NCBI GenBank assembly: GCA_002104945.1
Contig: MCFH01000016.1
Location: 744,001 to 808,000, forward strand
DNA from: Piromyces finnis finn
Lineage: Eukaryota; Fungi; Neocallimastigomycota
Direction of reading: 5' to 3'
DNA length: 64,000 nt
Made by a program: the position numbers and the translations under genes. The notes under the pieces are model-generated. The model worked only from the letters and a program-made list of their open reading frames with translations. It was not told the origin of the DNA and did no database searches. Below are positions 63,287 to 64,000 of the stretch, in pieces (the stretch's first letter is position 1; every line of letters begins with the position of its first letter).

Positions 63287-64000
63287 TTTGAATTATTATT
63301 TTTAATTTTAGTACTTTTGTAATTTCGTTATATTTTTTTTGAGAATTGTGTATTGATATTTCAATTATCAGTAAAAGATAATAATAATATTAATATATTT
63401 TTAGTAAAATTTAAATTTAATTTTTTATATTTGGTATATGATTAAACTAATTGAAAAATATAAAATGCTGAAATGTTAATTTTAATCTTTTAATATTGAG
63501 ACATTTACTACTTTTTTTATTAGTTATAATTATATATCCAATATCTTATTATTGCTGTATATTTGTATATCTAGCAATAACAATATAAGTATGAATATTT
63601 GTATTTATTATTGCATGGGTAAAATAAAATATTCAATTTAAAAATTATTCTTTTTTTTTTAACTGAATATAAAGATTATTATTAATTTAAATTTACAAAA
63701 TTTAAAGTAATACAAAAAAATAAAAAAAAATTTTTATTAATTATTCTTAAATGAAAATAAATATATAATTTTTCTATTTAATACAATCTCTGCTTGATAC
63801 TGACTACTGATTTAATCATTTTTTCTCTTTGTTAATAATTATATAAAAGCTTTGTTTTCTTTAAAATATATATATTGAATTAAAAGGTGTAGATGAAATA
63901 AAAAAAAGACTACTAGTTATTTTCATTATTGTGGTTCTTCCACTTTTTCAAATACATCATATGATTATAATACATATAAAGAACTTTAATTTCTATTAAA

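Overview
Extremely AT-rich eukaryotic DNA with GT-AG introns, long homopolymers and microsatellites, and a CBM1-carrying carbohydrate esterase. This most likely comes from an anaerobic gut fungus (Neocallimastigomycota); the taxon is inferred, not searched. The left half (225-30343) is a tandem array of 12 intronless LURP-one-related/Tubby-C-like (DUF567, scramblase superfamily) paralogues: 9 on the minus strand, then 3 on the plus strand. They include one half-deleted copy and one frameshifted pseudogene. The array is interleaved with, or flanked by, three intronless prokaryote-type genes (NhaC-family transporter, HhH-GPD glycosylase, CAT-like acetyltransferase) and a Met/Asn low-complexity ORF. 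At 34422-40186 is a full-length non-LTR retrotransposon with one uninterrupted APE-RT-CCHC ORF, a poly(A) tail and a 13-14 bp target-site duplication. It inserted into a 24-bp perfect palindrome and begins with a dense multi-hairpin 5' leader. The right half holds an orphan ORF, a degenerate duplicated GC-richer segment, a Gly-rich/TM/DM9 protein, a 3-exon CBM1-CE12 acetylesterase, a secreted GPI-type DM13-like protein and a 3-exon TFIIIC-subunit-6-like gene with AT-hooks. All family calls come from motif recognition by eye; no database search was run.
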